This document shows positions 38,344-52,290 of a stretch of 64,000 nt of DNA, piece after piece. The notes beneath the pieces were generated by a model, which was given only the letters and a program-made list of their open reading frames with translations, had not been told where the DNA came from and did no database searches. Both the position numbers and the translations under genes were made by a program. How positions within the stretch are numbered: position 1 is the first letter of the stretch; the number at the start of each line of letters is the position of its first letter. This DNA comes from Selaginella moellendorffii (lineage: Eukaryota; Plantae; Lycopodiophyta): the NCBI RefSeq assembly GCF_000143415.4, contig NW_003314298.1, positions 1,085,250 to 1,149,249 on the forward strand, written 5' to 3'.

Positions 38344-40200
38344 ATGGATAAAAGTACCACATTCCGAGGATGGAAGGCAGCTCCTTACGTTTTTGGTACA
38401 CACAAACGAAAAGATCCAGATCTCAAAACATATGCATTCTCATGTTTTTCAATTCCAGGAACGGAAGCACTCCAAAGCATGGTCTACTTGACACTGGCAC
38501 TCAACTTATCGACTTACGCAATCTTCAACCTGCATTACTCCCCAGCCGATGGAGCCAAACTCCTGTGCGACTTCTCCGGAACGGCAACGCTGCTCACCAT
38601 CGCCGGTGGATACCTCTCCGACGTCTACATTTCCCAATTCACAGGAATCATCATAGGAGAAATACTTGGAACGATTGTAAGCTGCGCAAAGTTTAGCTAA
38701 CAAAGATGATCATCTCTAAAACTTTCTTTTCTCCATTCCAGGGAAGTGTCATATTGACAATCTCAGCAGCAGTGCCAGCCTTGAGCCCTCCTCCATGTCC
38801 ACTCTTCGATCCAAGCTGCGTCCGGCCAACAGGGAAACAAACAGCCATCTTCTACTTTGGGCTATACATTCTTGCGGTTGGCCTCGCAAACATCAAGCCA
38901 AATGCTCCAACTCTGGGGGCCGTGCAGTTCAACGAGAACGATCCGCAGCAGAAGAAGCAGCTGCTCAGCTACTTCAACTGGTTCCTCTTCAGCACTTGCA
39001 TCGGCGCGTTTCCAGCAGTCACTGTGATCTCCTACGCCCAGGAGCAGGTAAGCGCTGCATGGGGATTTGGAATCCCGGCAATCGTCTTGGCCGTTTCCAT
39101 CTTCGTCGTCTGTATGGGCATGCCTTACCGAGCAAAAGAACGCAAAGGAAGCCCCATCACCGGCATCGCCATGGTTTTCGTAGCAGCGGCCAGGAAGTGG
39201 AAGCTCAAGTCTCCTGATTCCGTCGAAGAGCTCCACCAGCCCATCGAAGACTTGCAGCATCTCCCTCACACGAACCAGTTCTTGTAAGTATTTGCTGATT
39301 TGGAAAGAACTTTCATTGCTCACCACCTTTTGCATGCATGAACTTTTCAAAAGGTTCCTTGACAGAGCTGCCATCAGAACAAACGACGAGGAGAAGCACT
39401 CCCGCTGGAAGCTGTGCTCTGTCACGCAGATCGAGGAAGTCAAGGCAGTGCTCAACATACTCCCAATCTTCGCTTGCACCATCATCGTCAGCTGCATTCT
39501 CTCCCAGCTCCAGACCTTCACCCTGCTGCAAGCTGCCACGCTCGAGCGTAAGATTGGCAAACACTTCGTGATGCCCCTGGCATCGCTCGCAGTCTTCCCG
39601 GTTCTAGCAATCCTCTTACTGATGCCGCTCTACGACCAGCTTTTGGTGCCGTTTCTACGCAAGATCACCGGGAACGACCGCGGCATTAGCCACCTTCAGA
39701 GAGTTGGGATCGGGCTTGTTATTTGCACACTCTCTATGGTCGTCGCGGCGATTGTCGAGACCAAGCGGCTCAAAGTTGCCCGCGAAAACAATGCGCTTGA
39801 CAATCCAGCGGCTGTTCTTCCAATGAACGCCCTCTGGATGGCCTTCCAATTTCTCGTGTTTGGAATCGGTGAGCTTTTCACGGTGGCGGGGCTCCTGGAT
39901 TTCTTCTACACCGAATCTCCTGAAAACATGCGAGCCATGGGGATCTCTCTTGTCAACGTCTCCTTCTCATTCGGATACTTTCTGAGCAGTGTCATTGTGT
40001 CGCTTGTCAACGCTCGAACCAAGCCCGACTGGCTTCCCGAGAACATGAACCGGGGGCGGCTCCACAGCTTCTACTGGCTCCTGGCTGCCATGGGAGCCAT
40101 CAACTTCGTGAACTATTTGTTTTGGTCGTGGTGGTACAGGCCGAGGATGGAGTATGAGAGTCAGCTAGAAAGCTTCAAAAGTGTAGAAAATGTGGCATGA
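38344..40200 (+). CDS. NPF: NRT1/PTR family transporter, gene 2 (tandem paralog)
   Basis: GWKAAPYVFG, GGYLSD, GAVQFNE, YFNWF, LCSVTQIEEVK, ISHLQRVGIGL, LDFFYTESPENMR; same 4-exon layout as gene 1. Confidence 0.95.
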
Positions 40201-41060
40201 TCAAATGAAAACACGCTTCAATTTAGTGTCAGATTTGCAAAAAATGTGGTTTAAAATGTCATTGTTATTAAAGTCTAAAAGTAGATAAAGTATAAAAAAA
40301 ATAACCACATCAAAAGTAAAAGTTACTTTACCACTTTCTTTTTTCATCAAAATTTATGCTTAATACAAAATACAAATTAAATGTGATTTTAATATTTCAA
40401 TTGAATTTGCGAATAGTGTATCGAAATCACTATAGTACTAGTAGGATTGTGTATTAGCGTTATTTTCAATACACTATACACTATTGCTATAGTACTAGTA
40501 GGATAGGATACATTTGTATTTCAATTATTTTTTCTGTTTATATCTACAATCTATGCTATTAAGAGTTTTATTTATTCAACTCCTGGTGTACAATTATGTT
40601 ATGTGATTATGGTGGTAGAAGAAAAAGATATCATAGACAAAGTGAATATTTTATTTTGGAAACAAAAATATTGCACAAAAACTGGGTTAGGTATTAAATT
40701 TACTTTATATGTCAAACCAAGATACTATAAAAATCAAAAATAATATTCTAGAAATTATAAAAGTGGTGGATGATAACCATCACTAAATATATAGAATAAC
40801 ATAAAAATTTATTCTACTTGGATTTACCCAGTCAATAATTAAATATCTTTAATTTATTAGTGTGATGAGCCTCTGCGCAATATACATGTTTTTCTGATGT
40901 CAGCTAGATTCAGCTCTTTAATTGTCAATGCTTTTAGCTTGCTTACAAGTGTTACATTTGGGAGCTTTATAGGCTTGGACCGAAGCAGCATCCAAGTGTT
41001 GAATTTGGCCCTGGAATTGTCGAGGACCCGGTGTCAAGAACTTTTCCATGTTCTCCTAGC

Positions 41061-43530
41061 TTAATATATTCTCTCGATTGTGGAAACTGGACGTAGAAAG
41101 ATCACGATGACTGTTATGTTGTCCCGGCTTCCTCTCTCCACAGCCTCCGTGGCTAGCCTCTTCGCACACATTGCTGGGTCTTTAACTGTGTCCCTGATCA
41201 GTGATATTGCAAGCTCGTTGCTTACAGTGTCCCATAGTCCATCAGTAGCCATCACCTGAAATCGAAGTTCAAGCAATGGTTTTATCATTGAAACGAAGAT
41301 TGCTATCTTGTCTTACCAGGAATTCGTCGTCAGCTGACAAGGAGCTCACAGTGATATCCGGCTTGGCAGTCACTGCTGGTTTAAGATCGTTATCACCAAT
41401 TGATCGAGTCACCTGATAAACGTAAAATTGTCATGACAATCTATCCGAGCAGTCCCGTTTCTTCAATCTTACCTGGAGTCCTGCAGAGCCAACTCGCCAC
41501 GTATCAACTTGCCATTGCACTGATCCACCAGAGTTTACGACTCGGGTTCTCTCGATCGGATCACTAGCAAGATGATCCTTGCTTAGAGGAAACGGCTGGC
41601 CGTCACGACACAACAGAGCTCGACAGTCTCCAGCGTTGGCCACAAAAACTCTGTCGTTGATCAACAATGCTGTTAGAGCAGTGCATCCTGGATTCCAGTT
41701 CTCTCTCGAGCCTCTCTCGCTCTCAACCTCAAACTGGAAGGCCGAGTCTGTCCTCGTAAAAGCTAGAGACAGTGCCTCTTCGGGCCTACAGCAAATATAC
41801 GCTCGTTAGAAAAAAAGAGCTAGAAAACCGTGCACTGCGATAATCTTACTTGGACGATGAGCCCCGCAAAAAGCTAGGAACTGCGCGAGACGCAAACTCA
41901 GCTGCTTCATAGCCTGATATAAAAGAATGAATTTTCACACATGAAAAAAGATTAGCAGAGAAACTTACCTCTGTGCCCGTCAAAAACTCCGAATGCATGG
42001 ATGTCCTTGGAGCCACTGAAATTTGGCAACAAAAAATGCCTGTCCTCCATTGTCTCTCGTCCACCCCGCGTACGAAATATCCCCCAAGATAAAGTTGGCG
42101 TATACACCAAATCCCTGGAACGAAACTCCTGGCAAAGCTGAGCAACTTCACTGGTATCCTCGCAGTGATCCTGTGCTCTCGCAGCCCAGTCTATGTTCTC
42201 CATCGGGATCGAAGTCTTCGGAGGCTTTTTCACCGTGAATTCCTGCGATGGAACTTCTTCCAGCGACGAGAGCATTTGCTGGAGCCTCTCAACGATAATC
42301 TCGAAAGAAGGCCGCCGAGAAGGATCACGATGCCATGACTGCTCTATCAGAGATGAGAGTGCGACGGGACAGCCGTTTGCCTCGCTCGCAAGAACAGGCC
42401 TGAGGCCCTCGGAAGTTATAGCGGCCGAAAGTTGCTGCTCGGTGTAATTCATCTCCAAAACTGTGTGTGCCTGGGCTTCAGTCTTTCTGTCGGTGTAAGG
42501 TACTACACCAGTGAAGAGCTCGCTGTTCGAAACAAAACTATTAGCTTCAAGAAGAAATCTAGAATTTACGAGTGCTTACTTGACTGTGATGGCAAAAGCA
42601 TAAACATCTGACTTCGTGGTTTGAGTTTCCTTGTTGAGAACTTCCGGAGCCATGTATAAAAGTGTGCCGACCATGTTCTTCTTGTGGAAGCCTCCAGTTG
42701 GCTTTCCTTGCGACTTCCAGTTCGTCGAGTCCAGGCGTTTCAAATCGTCTACGTAGCACGCAAGGCCAAAATCTGAGAGATGTGCGTCCCAGTTGTTGTC
42801 AAGCTAGTGCAAAACGAAAGGTAAGTTTACTAGACGTTTAGCTAGCAGAAAAACTTACAAGAATGTTGGCTGGCTTTACATCTCTGTGCACAATTCCATG
42901 ACAATGAAGATATTCCAACGCACTGGCTGTAAGGAAATCACTTGAGCTCGACCAAATCAGAAGAAGAAAAAAAAAAATTAAAATGGAAAGAAAACTCACC
43001 AAGCTGGATCGTGATCTTAAGCATCTGTTGTGTAGTGAAGTTAACTTCTCGAGCGTGGAGAGCATGGAAGAGATTTCCATGCTCATAGAACTTGAACAGG
43101 AAGAGATAATCTGGAGGGTGCGCATGAGCCGCAAGCAGCGTAGAAATTCTTGGATGCTTTAGCTTCCTGGAAGAACAAAGCAAGGAAATAAAGATCTTAG
43201 TCACAAGTGTGGATTCTACGTTACGTTAGAAGCTGCAATTCCGTGTGGAATCGATCGAGATCATCCGCCGTGGACAGGCGAGGTTTCTTCGCTGCGACGA
43301 TCTTTTCATTCAGCCTGGCGTCATAGACGACGCTCTCGGCACCTGGGATTCTTCGTCAATCAAAAAAGGAGAAAAGGAAAGGGAGAAAATAATTAAAACG
43401 AACCGCGGGCGATTTCCTCGTTGAGCTTGATGCTCGATCTTGACACCGCCAGTGGAATGCTCTCGCTATAGCAGCATCCTCTAAAGCACTGGCGGATCCC
43501 CACGGCCCCATCGCCTTGTAATTCCCTCAT
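41061..43530 (-). CDS. Protein kinase + PP2C fusion protein (At2g40860-like); multi-exon
   Basis: CFRGCCYSESIPL N-terminus; kinase HRDVKPAN, SDFGLA, PTGGFHKKNMVGTLLYMAPE; PP2C GGRETMEDRHF, VFDGHRG, ANAGDCR, ATDGLWD, GSRDNITV. Confidence 0.93.
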
Positions 43531-43804
43531 TCTTTTTCCTTCCCCTACTAGAAATCGATAGGATCGCTCGCTAGAAATCGATCGATAGGAGAAATACCGA
43601 CCACCGCCAGAAAAAACCTACCTTGGTCGAAGGATTCAAATGAAATACAATAGAATACTTTGACCCTTTTCTTCCGCAAATCTAGGAACCTTTACTGCCA
43701 CGTGGCGAGCCATCCACCGTACAAAGTCACGTGGCACAAGTGGTGTCCAATTTGAACACGTCTGCAACTAGGAGTTTGACACGTGGAAGGTTTTAGCGGA
43801 CGGC

Positions 43805-46144
43805 TTAGATTGGCTCGTCCTCCCTGTACGGATCCCGCTCCCTGTACGGACTGCCTAGATCGTGCATTCTCGCGAGTTGGAGATCTTTGGTAAATTGCGT
43901 TCTCGATTTCGCGTAAGCAGCGCTCCGTGCTAGAGAGAAAAAATAAGAATGAGGTGTTTAGCTCGCAAGAACAGGAGAGGTTAGGCTTACTTGTTGTGAT
44001 TCTTTGAGAGCGGGCAATGTTTTGTCTTCTCTTCCACAGGCAGAATCCACAGGTTACTGCGATCATAGCGAAGATGAACGCTCCAAATGCGATCCCAACT
44101 TTAGCTCCAGAAGCGAGTACAAAGCCGCAACTTCGAACACCGGGTATACCACAAAGACCGGGATTGTCTGAGAAGCTGCGAAAAAGTTTGCTCGGGAAAA
44201 ATCCAAGTTGGAAAGACTTTAAAAGCTTACTTGAAACTCGCGCCGTGCATTGGACCAGCAAGAAGAATCCCCGGGACGGCACCACTCAAACGATTTCCAT
44301 TGAGGTACCTGCTTGGTATTCAAAGGCTAAATGTTAGCAAGCACAGCCTAAAACCGGAGCTCTTACAGCTTTTTCAGTCGAGGAAGATTGCCAAATGTTT
44401 CCGGAATCGATCCATTCAAGGCGTTGTATGCCAAATCCCTGCAGAGCTATCGAGCACAGCTCCAGAGACAACGAAAAACTCAAGCGAGTACTTACAACAC
44501 GACAAGGTTCGTAAGATTCCCAAACTCGGGTGGAATTTGTCCATAGAGGCTGTTTCCGCTGATGTTTCTGGAGATACAAAGAAGAGAAAAAAGGATTAGA
44601 GAATGAGGACGCGCAGCTCCAGTGTCATTTACATGCTTTGCAAGTTCGTTAAGTAGGAAATGTCCTTCGCAATATGTCCCTTCAGTCCTTGATTGTCAAG
44701 GTCCCTGAACACCATGTCTGTTAAATACAAAACTCAAATTTGAAAACTTACAATCCATCTATAAACCAGCCTCCTTTGTCGAAATGAAAGCCGCAGTTAA
44801 TCCCATTCCATGGATGCTCCTGTGGTACACAGGGATCCCCATTCCATCCCACTCTTGGCGGGAGAGCTAAGGAGTTCTTAAGAGCTTGTAAAGCCCAAAC
44901 TAAGAAACAAAGAAAAGAACAAGATGTGAAAACCAGAATCCAGAAGAGAAAACGTTGGTACCTTCTTTTGGATCAGTCGTGTACTCCATTCTGACGAGTT
45001 GGTAGACTTCGAAAGCGTTCACCAATATTGATCCTTGGACCGGCCTGAAAGTAATAACTAGAGTTTTTCCTTCGACAAACACCGTCTTGTTAAGCACAAG
45101 AGCAGTGAACTTCGCTCCAGCAAGACCGATGATATCTACGTCCGGGAAGATAAGCTGGCTGTTCACGAGTATATCAAACACCCTCTGCTCTTTAGCTGCG
45201 ATGCCGGACGATATCTCAGCAAAATGGAACCACAAGGAGTAATTCTGGTTGGGTTCTATCTGGATGTTGTAGGACACGCTTGCACCCGTGCTGGTTATCG
45301 ACGCGCTCTGATATATACTTTCCGGATAAAAGTTTGGAGCGACTGATGTGTTGTTTATCCTTTCCGTTGTCGTCAGTGAATCTGTAGGACCTTTGTCCAG
45401 GCCCAAATCCGAGTCCCAGAACCTGTCCCCACCCCAGACACTAGCGCCAGCTCTGGATTCATACCCCCTTAAGTTTTTCTCGCTGCAGCTAACTCTTTTG
45501 ACCACCTTGAGCACGACGTGGCGGCTCCACGAACGTCCAGGAGCATAAGCCTGCTCATCTATCTGGCTTATTTCGAACGACGAGATCGAAGGATTCCCGT
45601 GACCGGAGCTGTGAAAGCACGCTGTGACAGCACCGTCCTCAAGATAAAGTAGAGCCTCTGGATAACTCAGTCCCCTGGATCCGCCCCAACCAGTTATCAA
45701 GCTGAAGACGAGCGTTCCCTCGAGTGAGACGTCGAACTGCGGCTCTAGATCGGAGTTATCAGCACTACCAAAGGCGAAGAAGAATCTGAGATGGTAGTGG
45801 CCATTCTGAGTTGTGATGTTGTAGCAGTTCTCGGGACCATCTGACATCTCAAAGTAGCGAGCTGTGCTTGTCTGCGGAGCCAACACATTGCGCGTCTTGA
45901 TAATTGCTGTTTTGCCTCCAGAGTATCCTGTATCTTTAAGCCACAGCTTCCCGTCTGGAGATGTTGAGCTTTCGGTAGAGCCACAGGCAATGCGTATAGC
46001 AACAGGCGAACCTGAGAAGGGACAGCTCCTAGTCACTTCAAACGGATCAAGGGAAGACGGGAGAGGCTTACCAATTTCAGCAGAGACTCCAGAGAAAAGT
46101 ATGCAGGAGAAGAGTAGCTGAAACAGCATACTCTGCCTACCCAT
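43805..46144 (-). CDS. Malectin-like + LRR receptor-like protein (RLP4/At1g28340-like)
   Basis: Signal peptide; IRIACG/RYF..SDGPENCY malectin-like region; GWNGDPCVPQEHPWNG; LRR exons; FSDNPGLCGIPG; TM; short tail AAYAKSRTQFTKD; no kinase domain. Confidence 0.9.
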
Positions 46145-46597
46145 TGTCTTCAAACTTGCGCTCCATGCATTCTACATACTGCTGCTGTTCCAGATCTATC
46201 CTGAAACCACAAATAAATTGGGAAGTCAGAAAATGCGAACCCATGAAAGATGAACCACCCCACCCAACGCCAGCGCTCTGTAGGCTCAGAACTGCAACAG
46301 CATTTGTCGTGCTTCAGATCACTTGACGCAAGGCAAGAAGTCCCTGTTGATTCAGAAAGACAACGAAACAAAGCAACGAATATAACAATCTTGAAGCTTA
46401 GTCTAATTACCCCTTGCTAAGCTCAAATGGCTTTCTGTCAGTTCCGACAACAGTTTTCACCTGACACTTGACAGCAAAAAACAATCGAGGTTTGAGAATT
46501 AAGACTAAAAAACTGTCCACACTCACAGCTTTGCCGGAAATAAGCGGACTACAAACCTGGGAGTAACCATTGAAGCAATGCGTTCCAGTGATAAAAC

Positions 46598-47429
46598 CTA
46601 CAGACAGTCTTGAGTAGTCTGTACAGGCTGCAAAACCAGGAGATGGCGATCCTTGTTTTTTGCCATATTGTCAAGGCAGCTCTGCAAAAAAAAGAAAAAC
46701 ACGAGTTGCATCAGATCGTCAATGTGTTTCCAGAAATGGGAGGCATTACTTGCAGAATGCAAAGCGCAGCCATCTTGTCCACAATCTGTTTCCTTCGACG
46801 AGGCTCCAGTTTTAAGAAGCTAATAGCACCTTCCACTGTCTGCAAAACCGGGAATGCAATGAAGAAAATATAGACAACAAAACATACTCTGGATGTAAGA
46901 CGCTCGTCCCAGAAAACGAAACAGCTATCCTGGAGCATTTGGTTCTGCTGGAGCTCTCTCACAAATTGTTCCACCAAGGGACCCTGGTAGAAAAGCTCAA
47001 CCAAGTTTTCAAGGTGACAAGAAGACGAGGCAAGGAGACTACCTGGTAGCCTTGAAATCCTGTAATCCTGAGAGGATAGCCGATGACGAGCCCCGGCGCT
47101 GAGAGCGTCTTTACCTGCGGGTATACATTGCTGGAAAAGACGCGGGAAACAAACCATCAATCAAGGCCTACCAGCGTTCCGAGCACATTCGAAGCATAGC
47201 CCGCGGGTCCTCCTTTGATGTCGATGACACTAGGAAAGCACAGAGAAAAACATGGAAATTTTCCAAGAACAGAGCAAAATCTAGCTTACCTGTGAGGATG
47301 CGCAATGCGATACTCTGAATCAGACACAGCGATGCCAATGTAGCGCGTGCCTACGTCGAGGCCGATCAATGGGCCGGTGGGCGCCCTAAGCAGCCGCTGG
47401 CAGAGCTGCGCGATCTTCACTTCTTGCAT
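46598..47429 (-). CDS. YqgF/RuvX-family RNase H-like nuclease (putative pre-16S rRNA nuclease); multi-exon
   Basis: LIGLDVGTRYIGIAVSD, VGFP-type strand, FWDERLTSR and VDKMAALCILQ. Confidence 0.88.
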
Positions 47430-50036
47430 CTTCCACCGCGAAAACCCTAAACCTAAAATCAAATTCGGGTTTGTTGTTTTTTTTTATAGCAGCTAGCCTT
47501 AAGTGAGATCACGGTCTACGTTAGCTCGGGGAGGCTTTGTAAAGGCAACATGGACCTTGTATCGCGCGGATTGCAAGAGCTGCAAGGCATTAGCAGAGGT
47601 GGTGAGCCTTGTCAAAGACTGTGCGTGTTTCCTTCTTCGATGAGAAGGCATGGAAGCGGATGAAGCCAATCCCAAAGTTGGCAGCAAGACTTGCTCACGA
47701 GGTCTTCAGGAACTTCCTGGACGTGTTCAAGGGTGCAAGGGCGAGCTTGAGGACAAAGAAGTGGTCTTCTACACGAAGCTGCCGCTTTAACACTCCCCGC
47801 AAAACCACACCAAACAAACTTTGTCACGTCCTAAGGGATTGGTGAAGATGTCTGTGAGCATCTCCCCACCTATGTTGACTTGTTCTCACACGTAATAGAA
47901 TTGCTTATCGCTGAATGTGCTTTGCTGCCTTTCAATGCCTAATGGTTTTGCATTAAATTGGTGACGAATGAAGGGAGGGTATGGATTGTGGGCCAATCCC
48001 TCCAGCACCAGCAGCCTGTCCAGGAGCTCCATCTTCTCTTGCTGCAATGCCTTGACCTTAGACTAGACTGGGTGGACTTGACCCCCTTCAGCAAAGAGGA
48101 CTAGATACCTATGATATAGAGATACTTGTGATATGCACAGGCGTGAGTGTAGATAATTTTACTTGTAGATCCAGAATTGTTGGCTAGTTCTCTATATATC
48201 TTTTTCAGGATTTCAAACGTGTGCTTGACACTGAAGAAAAAGGTACGCACTCATTCTGAATTTGCATTTTGTTTCTCAAAAGCTAGACATTATATTGGCC
48301 TGAGTGTTGCAAAAGGGCCATTCAACTTAGTTATTTTTTGCTTACTAACTTTTTGCTAGGAAAAGGACGATGAAAAAACCAATAAAGAAGTATTTTTTTT
48401 AGACCTTTTTACAATATTTGTAACTATTCCATTGCTTTTTTATGCAGACCCAAAGTGAATCATACGGTAGCAAAGACATGAGGACGAGAAGCTGCTATAC
48501 CATACCAAAAAACGATGATGATTATGAAAGAATGGAGTATGAAATGATAAATGAAGAAGAAAAAGGCATACAAACCAAAAAGTGGAAAAATAACCTGCCA
48601 CAAAAAGCAAATAGAAGATATATCAAGTAAAAAGGAGATTTGTTGTTTCCTAGTTTATTTATATTAATTATGATTAATTTGTATGGCTTTGTAGTTTACA
48701 TCCACACTAGTATAAGCATTGCTAGCATGGCTGAAGAAGTGGTGGCCACAAATACACATAATAAAGTGTGTTTTTGGTTTATAAAATTATGTGAGTTTTT
48801 ATATGCTTTTGTAAGAATGAAAATAAGCAAGTGATATTGTACAATAAACTACTTTTTTCGTATAAAATGTGGGAGAAATAAATAATTAAAAGCCAGGAGA
48901 ATCTGACCTATCTTACACTACCTTTCCAAATATATAAAAATATGTGAAACAACATATATAAATTGTACTAAAATTTAGGTGTATAGAAAAGCACTATATC
49001 TATATTGGTGAACCATATAAAAGAAATGCTTTTAAACTATACCTGAAATCACACTAGAAACCACTCATAGACTAATTGCAAAATATGATATTAATCATAC
49101 TAACAAAAAAGTTATGTGCAAAACCATTTTTGTTATGGTCCCAAACTAGAGCATGACATTGCATGCAGTAACACTTAGTTTAGTGTTATTTCTATTTAAT
49201 AATTTAATTAATCAAATAGAAGTTTATAACTATAAATATGTTTATAATTTTTAAACATCAAGATTAATCTTATTTAATATCGACCATTAGATGGTAGAAT
49301 AAACTAGAGTATACTAGGAAGTGTTTAGGAAAATTTAAAAATTATAAACATGTTTATAAAGTATAAATACAAGATTAATCTAAATGAATAACAACCATTA
49401 AATGGTAGGATATCCTAGAATATTCAAATTTATTCTAGGTATATTCACTACCACACTCCAAAAACCATTCCCAAAACCACAAAATTCAATTTTTTTACAC
49501 ATAATCTTGCAATTAGTTATATACATAAAACCAGACAGCAAAGTACTCATGAAGGTGTTAAACACGTTGTTCCAATCACATATTTCATGAATAAGGTTGG
49601 CATCATGAAGAGTGCCCAATGGCCAGGTGATCTCCTTGCTATGTCTCAAGCTCAGCAGACTAAGGAGCTAGTTTGTATTAGATAGGGCTGAGTCCTGAGA
49701 ACCTGTTTCCCAGTCACAAATATATTAATAGGCATGTAATACCTAAGTTGTTCTTCCAGCTGCAATTTCTGAAACTGTAGCTTGATGGCACTCTTTCAGT
49801 GTGATATTGTATCTTAGTTTTGGCCTTATTCGATTGGGATTCCCTGAATCACATTGTATTGGAACAACCTGAACAAACCATTTAAATATGTATTTGTGGT
49901 TGAAAGTGATCATTGGAAATATGCGACCACATGCCAGATCACGTGCTTATGTTTTGAACAGCTGTGGAAATCCGTGATCCACTAATAACAAACACTCGAC
50001 CCTTGAGCACTTGGATCATTGTGCGGAACATCAAGG

Positions 50037-50981
50037 ATGAAGCAAGCTTGTTTTTGTTTCTTCTTCTTGGCGGTCATCCTGCTAGAAAGTGTTTATCCCG
50101 CTACTCCGAAATGCCATCCGGAGGATCTGAAAGCTCTTCTGGCCTTCAAGGCAGGTATGTCCCACTTGGAGCACTGGCATGGCACCGACTGCTGCAACTG
50201 GGACGCAATCCGTTGCAACAATCAGACCGGGCGAGTCGTAAGTGTGGCCTTCGAGGGCATTGGTGGTCCTGACTCGAGATTCAACTACGACCGCATGAAA
50301 GGTACCATCTCTGAGAACTCACTTGGCAAACTCGCCTTCTTGGAGCAACTGTACATGAACACGGTGCCGCTTGTGACTGGAGGTATCCCGACTTCGGTCG
50401 GAAACATCCCCACCTTGAAGGAACTGGTACTGGACAAAACTGGTCTTTCCGGTCCCATTCCAGCTTCTCTGGGGAAGCTTTCCAAGCTTGTTCTGTTATC
50501 TTTCACAGGGAATAAGCTTTCTGGTTCCATTCCTCACGAGCTCAGCTCGCTCCAGCATCTCCAGTCACTCACCTTTCGCGAGAGCAGCTTGACAGGCAGC
50601 ATAAGCTCCTTGGACTTTGGGAAGCTGAGATCTCTCACGGACCTTGACTTGTCGTATAACGCATTCACAGGCTCTTTCCCGGCGTCGTTGTTCGGATCGG
50701 TAAAGCTCAAGACACTTTCTGTTTCTCACAACCAGCTCACCGGTCATATCCCTGCGAGCATCGGCAAGCTCACCCGTCTGGAGGTTCTCGACTTGTCGTC
50801 GAATAAGCTGTCTGGTGGGCTTCCTAGCGAGTTGTTCCACCTGAAGAAGCTGGCTGGTCTGGATCTGTCAGGCAATATGCTCTCCGGGGAGCTTCCCAAA
50901 GCCGCACGCAAGTTTCCAGCCTCTGCGTTCGCCAACAATCGCCTCCTCTGTGGAAGCCCGCTTCCACCTTGTAAGCTGTGA
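50037..50981 (+). CDS. Secreted extracellular LRR protein (PGIP/DRT100-like), intronless
   Basis: Signal peptide; LRRNT CHPEDLKALLAFK..WHGTDCCNWDAIRC; ~8 plant LxxLxLxxNxLSGxIP repeats; C-cap FANNRLLCGSPL; no TM. Confidence 0.93.
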   Translation: MKQACFCFFFLAVILLESVYPATPKCHPEDLKALLAFKAGMSHLEHWHGTDCCNWDAIRCNNQTGRVVSVAFEGIGGPDSRFNYDRMKGTISENSLGKLAFLEQLYMNTVPLVTGGIPTSVGNIPTLKELVLDKTGLSGPIPASLGKLSKLVLLSFTGNKLSGSIPHELSSLQHLQSLTFRESSLTGSISSLDFGKLRSLTDLDLSYNAFTGSFPASLFGSVKLKTLSVSHNQLTGHIPASIGKLTRLEVLDLSSNKLSGGLPSELFHLKKLAGLDLSGNMLSGELPKAARKFPASAFANNRLLCGSPLPPCKL

Positions 50982-51539
50982 AATGATTGCAACCTCTCGA
51001 CGCAGCTCTAGGATTTTCACGGTGAACGCTGCACTGTTGTTAAGATTTATTTGAAAAAAATAAAAATAGACAACCAATGTCCCACTTCGACTGGGCTGCT
51101 GTGGAGGGAGTTGGGCGACGCGATACCCGCATTTGATGAACGAGGTTGGCGTCAAGTGGCCGACAGGAGTGACGGGTGGCCAGGTGATGCTACAGAAGCA
51201 CGACAAGGAGCTCCTCGGCATGTCCCAAGCTGAGCAGACTAAGCAGACTAACAAGCTTCTTCTCCCCATGGGGCTTACCGTCTAGTTGCAGCTCCCCAGC
51301 ACAGTTTTTATTGACTTTAGTTCATTGTCTTACACCAATTCGAATTTAAAAGTTGTTCATCCACAACATGAAACTAGGATACAATATCATACTGGAAGAG
51401 TGCTATCATTTCAATTGCGATTCCTGATGTTTGCTGAATCACGTGCTCATGTTTTGAACAACGTGAACAAGCCATTTGGATATTGATTTGTGGCTGAAAG
51501 TGACGGAAATCCGACCACTGATAAGAAGCACTGACAAGG

Positions 51540-52290
51540 ATATCACTTGGAACACTGGCATGGCACCAACTGCTGCAACTGGGACGCCATCTGTTGCAAC
51601 AATCAGACCGGGGGAGTCGTAAGTGTGGCCTTGGTCGTCCTGACTCGAGATTCATGAAAGGTACCATGGTATGCACCAACAAGTGTCCCAGTCTCCGAGA
51701 ACTCGGAGCAACTGTATATGAACACGGTGCCGCTTGTGACCGGAACTATCCCGGTTTCGTTCGGAAAATCCCCACCTTGAAGGGGACAAAACTGGTCTCT
51801 CCGGTACCATTCCAGCTTCTCTAGGGAAGCTTTCCAACCTGGTTGTGTTGTCTTTCACAGGGTGGATTGGTGAAGCTCAAGACACTTGCTTTTTTTGACA
51901 ACTAACTCACCAGTCTCCGGCCCGGGTCAACCCCAAAGACCAAAAAAGCCGCCCCGTCTATAGAGTCAGGCCCCGCGCATCCCTGCGAGCATCAGCAAAG
52001 CTCACCCGTCTGGAGGTTCTCGATTTGTCATCAAACAATCTGTCTGGTGGGCTTCCTAGCGAGTTGTTCCAGCTGATGAGCCTGATGAGCCTATCTTTGG
52101 ATTCCAACAATCTGTCTGGTGCTGTCCCAAGCGAGTTATCCAGGCTGAAGAAGCTGACTGGTCTGGATCTGTCAAGCAATATGCTACCCGGGGAGCTTCC
52201 AGGAGCCGCACGCAAGTTTCTAGCCTCCTCCTCCGCCAACAATCCTGGCCTCTGTGGAAGCCCACTCCCACCTTGTAAGTTCCTGCAGCA
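51540..52290 (+). pseudogene. Degraded tandem copy of the secreted LRR gene
   Basis: Near-identical blocks to 50160-50980 (cacttggaacactggcatggcacc..., ctgtggaagccc) with deletions, frameshifts and no start or signal peptide. Confidence 0.9.

Noticed and set aside
40862-40897. Box C (gtgatga) and box D (ctga) pair suggesting a C/D snoRNA
   Set aside because: Only ~36 nt long with no convincing terminal stem or guide.
47499-48100. Coding-like GC level with short ORFs (also 23253-23558 and 5997-6410)
   Set aside because: No recognisable domain or consistent splice structure.
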